DNA of 64,000 nt, taken from positions 48,834,788 through 48,898,787 of the forward strand of contig CM120640.1 in NCBI GenBank assembly GCA_051362555.1, given 5' to 3'. The first letter of the stretch is position 1; each line of letters starts with the position of its first letter. The translations under genes were made by a program, and so were the position numbers. The notes under the pieces were generated by a model, which searched no databases, was not told where the DNA came from, and saw only the letters and a program-made list of their open reading frames with translations. Shown in pieces: positions 62,859 through 64,000 of the stretch. The stretch is from Lingula anatina (lineage: Eukaryota; Animalia; Brachiopoda).

Positions 62859-64000
62859 GTAAGTTTCAGATACTTTTGATAACCTCTCACAAAATTCATC
62901 TCCGTGGTGTAACATTACAAAAACTAACATTACAAACTAATGTCTTGCCACCTGGTGTTCTCTGTTTTCTATTTTCATTTCCATTATCTTAATAGATAAA
63001 GAACTATGAATATTTTAAAACCTATCTCACGTCACTCGTCACACTTTTGGGGCAGAAAGCATAACAAAATAAGGAAACCACAAATTAGGAGTAATATCAT
63101 GTGAACTCGCTTGAAAGTGTGCAAGTGCAAAAGTACAAATTGCCCGACCGAACTCTCTCTCAGCAAAAGCGTCTGGAACATTTTAGGATAATCATGCAAC
63201 TAATACATTGGTTTACTGGCACTGTAATGCAATACTCAGACTCATTGCCTACGTTGGTACAAAATGCATTGTTATATAACACACTGTAACAAAATGCGTC
63301 TTGGTTTTGATGGGTTTACGACATTACATGACTTGCGTGTGACATTGGGGTCAACGATTAAACATTTTATTTTGCTTCAAAGCAAAGAGATTAAACCATA
63401 GATATTCCCATCTTTATTTGAAATGACATTTAGAGAATAGGGCTCCTCCTGTTCTTACGTGATGTTAACTTGCACAGTTTCGTGCAGACACACTTGGTGG
63501 GTGGGTTGAAGGTGACTCAAGTAACGAAATGCTCCGTGTTAACAATGCTGATATTTGAAGTGTTTGAGAGATTTTAGGAATTGAAAGGGAAAACAATTAA
63601 ATTTAACAGGATTGTGCCGTGAAACCCTCCTACAGTCAAATTTTAACTCCTACAGTCAAAATTAACATGAATAAAATCTCCTTTTGCCAGAACCATATTT
63701 GTATTTGTCTTTTACTAATACTTTCGCTTGGGTGAATGAGGAGACATAGACTATTTTTGTTCTTTTTGCTATATTATCAAAAATGCGTTTTTAAGTAATT
63801 AAAAATTTATTGGATAATATCTTTAAAATGAGCTCATTTATGATTTAAAGTGTAAATTTCTTCACCAATGAGACTGGTGTACTATCTATAAGTGAGGGTT
63901 TTGGAATAAGTGTGTCTATAAAGCAATATCGCTCCTCTCATTTTATGCACAGAAATACTGCACCTTAGTGACCTGTTTCTCTGCTTTCTCTGTAATGAAT

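Overview
AT-rich, intron-containing animal genomic DNA. The transposon content and gene style suggest an invertebrate, possibly a lophotrochozoan; this is inference only. Three protein-coding loci can be read by splicing the sequence manually. (1) A + strand heme peroxidase of the peroxidase-cyclooxygenase superfamily (chorion peroxidase/peroxinectin-like) with all catalytic motifs intact. Its N-terminal region has a Thr-rich linker and a 320-aa Gly/His/Arg/Pro-rich exon with nine 7-aa repeats, and a frame-compatible chitin-binding CBM14 exon lies upstream (about 3.9-19.8 kb in total). (2) A single-coding-exon orphan rhodopsin-class GPCR on the - strand (41.8-42.9 kb) with QQY in place of DRY. 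(3) The first four exons of a secreted phospholipase B1-like GDSL lipase (+, from 61.8 kb, continuing past the window). Mobile DNA includes a Penelope-like element with inverted terminal repeats, a GIY-YIG fragment and two hammerhead-ribozyme motifs; a Helentron-type element with internal 161-bp tandem repeats; a Sola2-like element with a 4-bp TSD; a fossil Tc1 transposase; and several MITEs. CpG depletion ends abruptly near 27.2 kb at a housekeeping-like promoter, hinting at an unannotated antisense transcription unit over the peroxidase. Exon models are manual and unverified by transcript data.
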